From Candidatus Micrarchaeaceae archaeon (GTDB lineage Archaea > Micrarchaeota > Micrarchaeia > Micrarchaeales > CABMGC01), in the NCBI GenBank assembly GCA_038877255.1, contig JAVYWZ010000016.1, positions 1 through 17,188 of the forward strand: DNA of 17,188 bases. The letters are read 5' to 3'. The notes beneath the pieces are model-generated. The model saw only the letters and a list, made by a program, of their open reading frames with translations. It was not told where the DNA came from and did no database searches. Shown here one piece after another: positions 16,338-17,188 of this stretch; the stretch's first letter is position 1; each line of letters begins with the position of its first letter. The position numbers and the translations under genes were made by a program.

Positions 16338-16544
16338 TCAATGAGCGTCTCGCCTAGGTTCCCTAGGCAAAGCCCTTCTTTTTTTGGCGTACAAAATATC
16401 GAGAAATCTCTTCTGCCCTTTGCTCCAGGTCCTGTTGTCAGTCTTTTTTACATAATTGGAATATGCATCAATATACTCGAAATTATTTCTAAGATTGAGT
16501 TTTTTTGCCTCCTTCAAGCCAGTTAGAATGCTATTTTTTCCCAT
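16338..16544 (-). CDS. Small basic helical protein, probable partner of the adjacent nucleotidyltransferase
   Basis: 68 aa; start overlaps the NTase stop by 14 nt; same low GC. The FEYIDAYSNYVKKTDNRTWSKGQ pattern resembles small archaeal proteins I recall beside such NTases (not verified). Confidence 0.65.
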   Translation of the reverse strand: MGKNSILTGLKEAKKLNLRNNFEYIDAYSNYVKKTDNRTWSKGQKRFLDILYAKKRRALPREPRRDAH

Positions 16545-17151
16545 CTAATTCGCCCAGTACTTTCCTTGCAATTTTTTTTACATGAAATTCTGATAAAAAT
16601 CCATTTAATTTCTTGACATCAATATAGGCCTTAAAAATGTTATAAATGTATCGTGCATCTTCGTAATCCTTATCGCTGCCCAGCCACAATTTGAACGCGA
16701 TTTGTAGTTCTATCGGAGATATGTACATCGAGTATTTGCCGTTAAATATAATTTTTATTTTGTTGTCCATAGTATGCCTGTCAAGAGGTTTCTTGACGAA
16801 TTTTAGCTCAAAATTAGGTGCCCAAGTTCCTTTCTCAGCGTATCTGAGAGAGGATCCTTCAGAAAGTAACTCGTATGCCTCTTTGGCATTTTCTACGTTA
16901 TTTACAGGTTCAAATCCGCTTTTGAGAAGCCTTTCGTGTAAGTCTTTGATTTGTTTCATGTCCATTTTGTTTATTAGTATATCAATGTCTTCCGTGCCTC
17001 TTATCCTTCCAAAAAAGATTGCTATGTAACCGCTAACTATTACGTAATCGACGTTGCCCATAGCCGCAATAAACTTAATGACTAATTTGTCTAAAGTGGT
17101 AATTTCTTTTTGGTTAAGTATTATGTTGCTTTTAGAGAATCTGATTTCCAT
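16531..17151 (-). CDS. Pol-beta-superfamily nucleotidyltransferase (AbiEii/DUF6036-like)
   Basis: YVIVSGYIAIFFGRIRGTEDIDILI (hG...R.T.DxD catalytic motif) and C-terminal SPIELQIAFKL.LGSDKDYEDA (K...KD..D). Confidence 0.8.
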   Translation of the reverse strand: MEIRFSKSNIILNQKEITTLDKLVIKFIAAMGNVDYVIVSGYIAIFFGRIRGTEDIDILINKMDMKQIKDLHERLLKSGFEPVNNVENAKEAYELLSEGSSLRYAEKGTWAPNFELKFVKKPLDRHTMDNKIKIIFNGKYSMYISPIELQIAFKLWLGSDKDYEDARYIYNIFKAYIDVKKLNGFLSEFHVKKIARKVLGELDGKK

Positions 17152-17173
17152 AACTGATTATAGCAATTATAAG

Positions 17174-17181
17174 ATATTAAA
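17174..17181 (-). promoter_or_regulatory. Putative TATA box of the NTase pair
   Basis: The - strand reads TTTAATAT at -30..-23 from ATG 17151. Confidence 0.5.
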
Positions 17182-17188
17182 TACTAGC

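Noticed and set aside
17158..17172. TTATA-gcaat-TATAA palindrome as an autoregulatory operator
   Set aside because: 5-bp AT-only arms in an AT-rich region are expected by chance.

Overview
Archaeal window, most likely from a DPANN lineage such as Micrarchaeota. This is an inference from TATA-like boxes about 25-30 nt upstream of start codons, archaeal-type pilus genes, a COG1361-like protein and the style of the LamG proteins. On the + strand are two large secreted glycoproteins: a PQQ-like propeller+LamG protein cut by the left edge, and a double-LamG protein with a pilin-like (class III) signal peptide. They converge, across a ~420-bp hairpin-rich spacer, on a - strand type IV pilus assembly operon (wHTH/coiled-coil protein, VirB11/TadA-type ATPase, unknown protein, two T2SSF/TadB-TadC platform proteins). 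Further right, all on the - strand, are a three-gene RCK/TrkA-N cluster, a LolD/MacB-type ABC transporter with a COG1361-like surface protein, and an AT-rich nucleotidyltransferase + small-protein pair. The best candidates for new biology are (1) two K+-channel-shaped subunits lacking the GYG filter plus a separately encoded soluble RCK, next to the pilus operon, and (2) a pilin-like adhesin whose LamG cores look like compositionally foreign cassettes between strongly conserved motifs. All calls come from reading the sequence and recognising motifs; no database searches were run.
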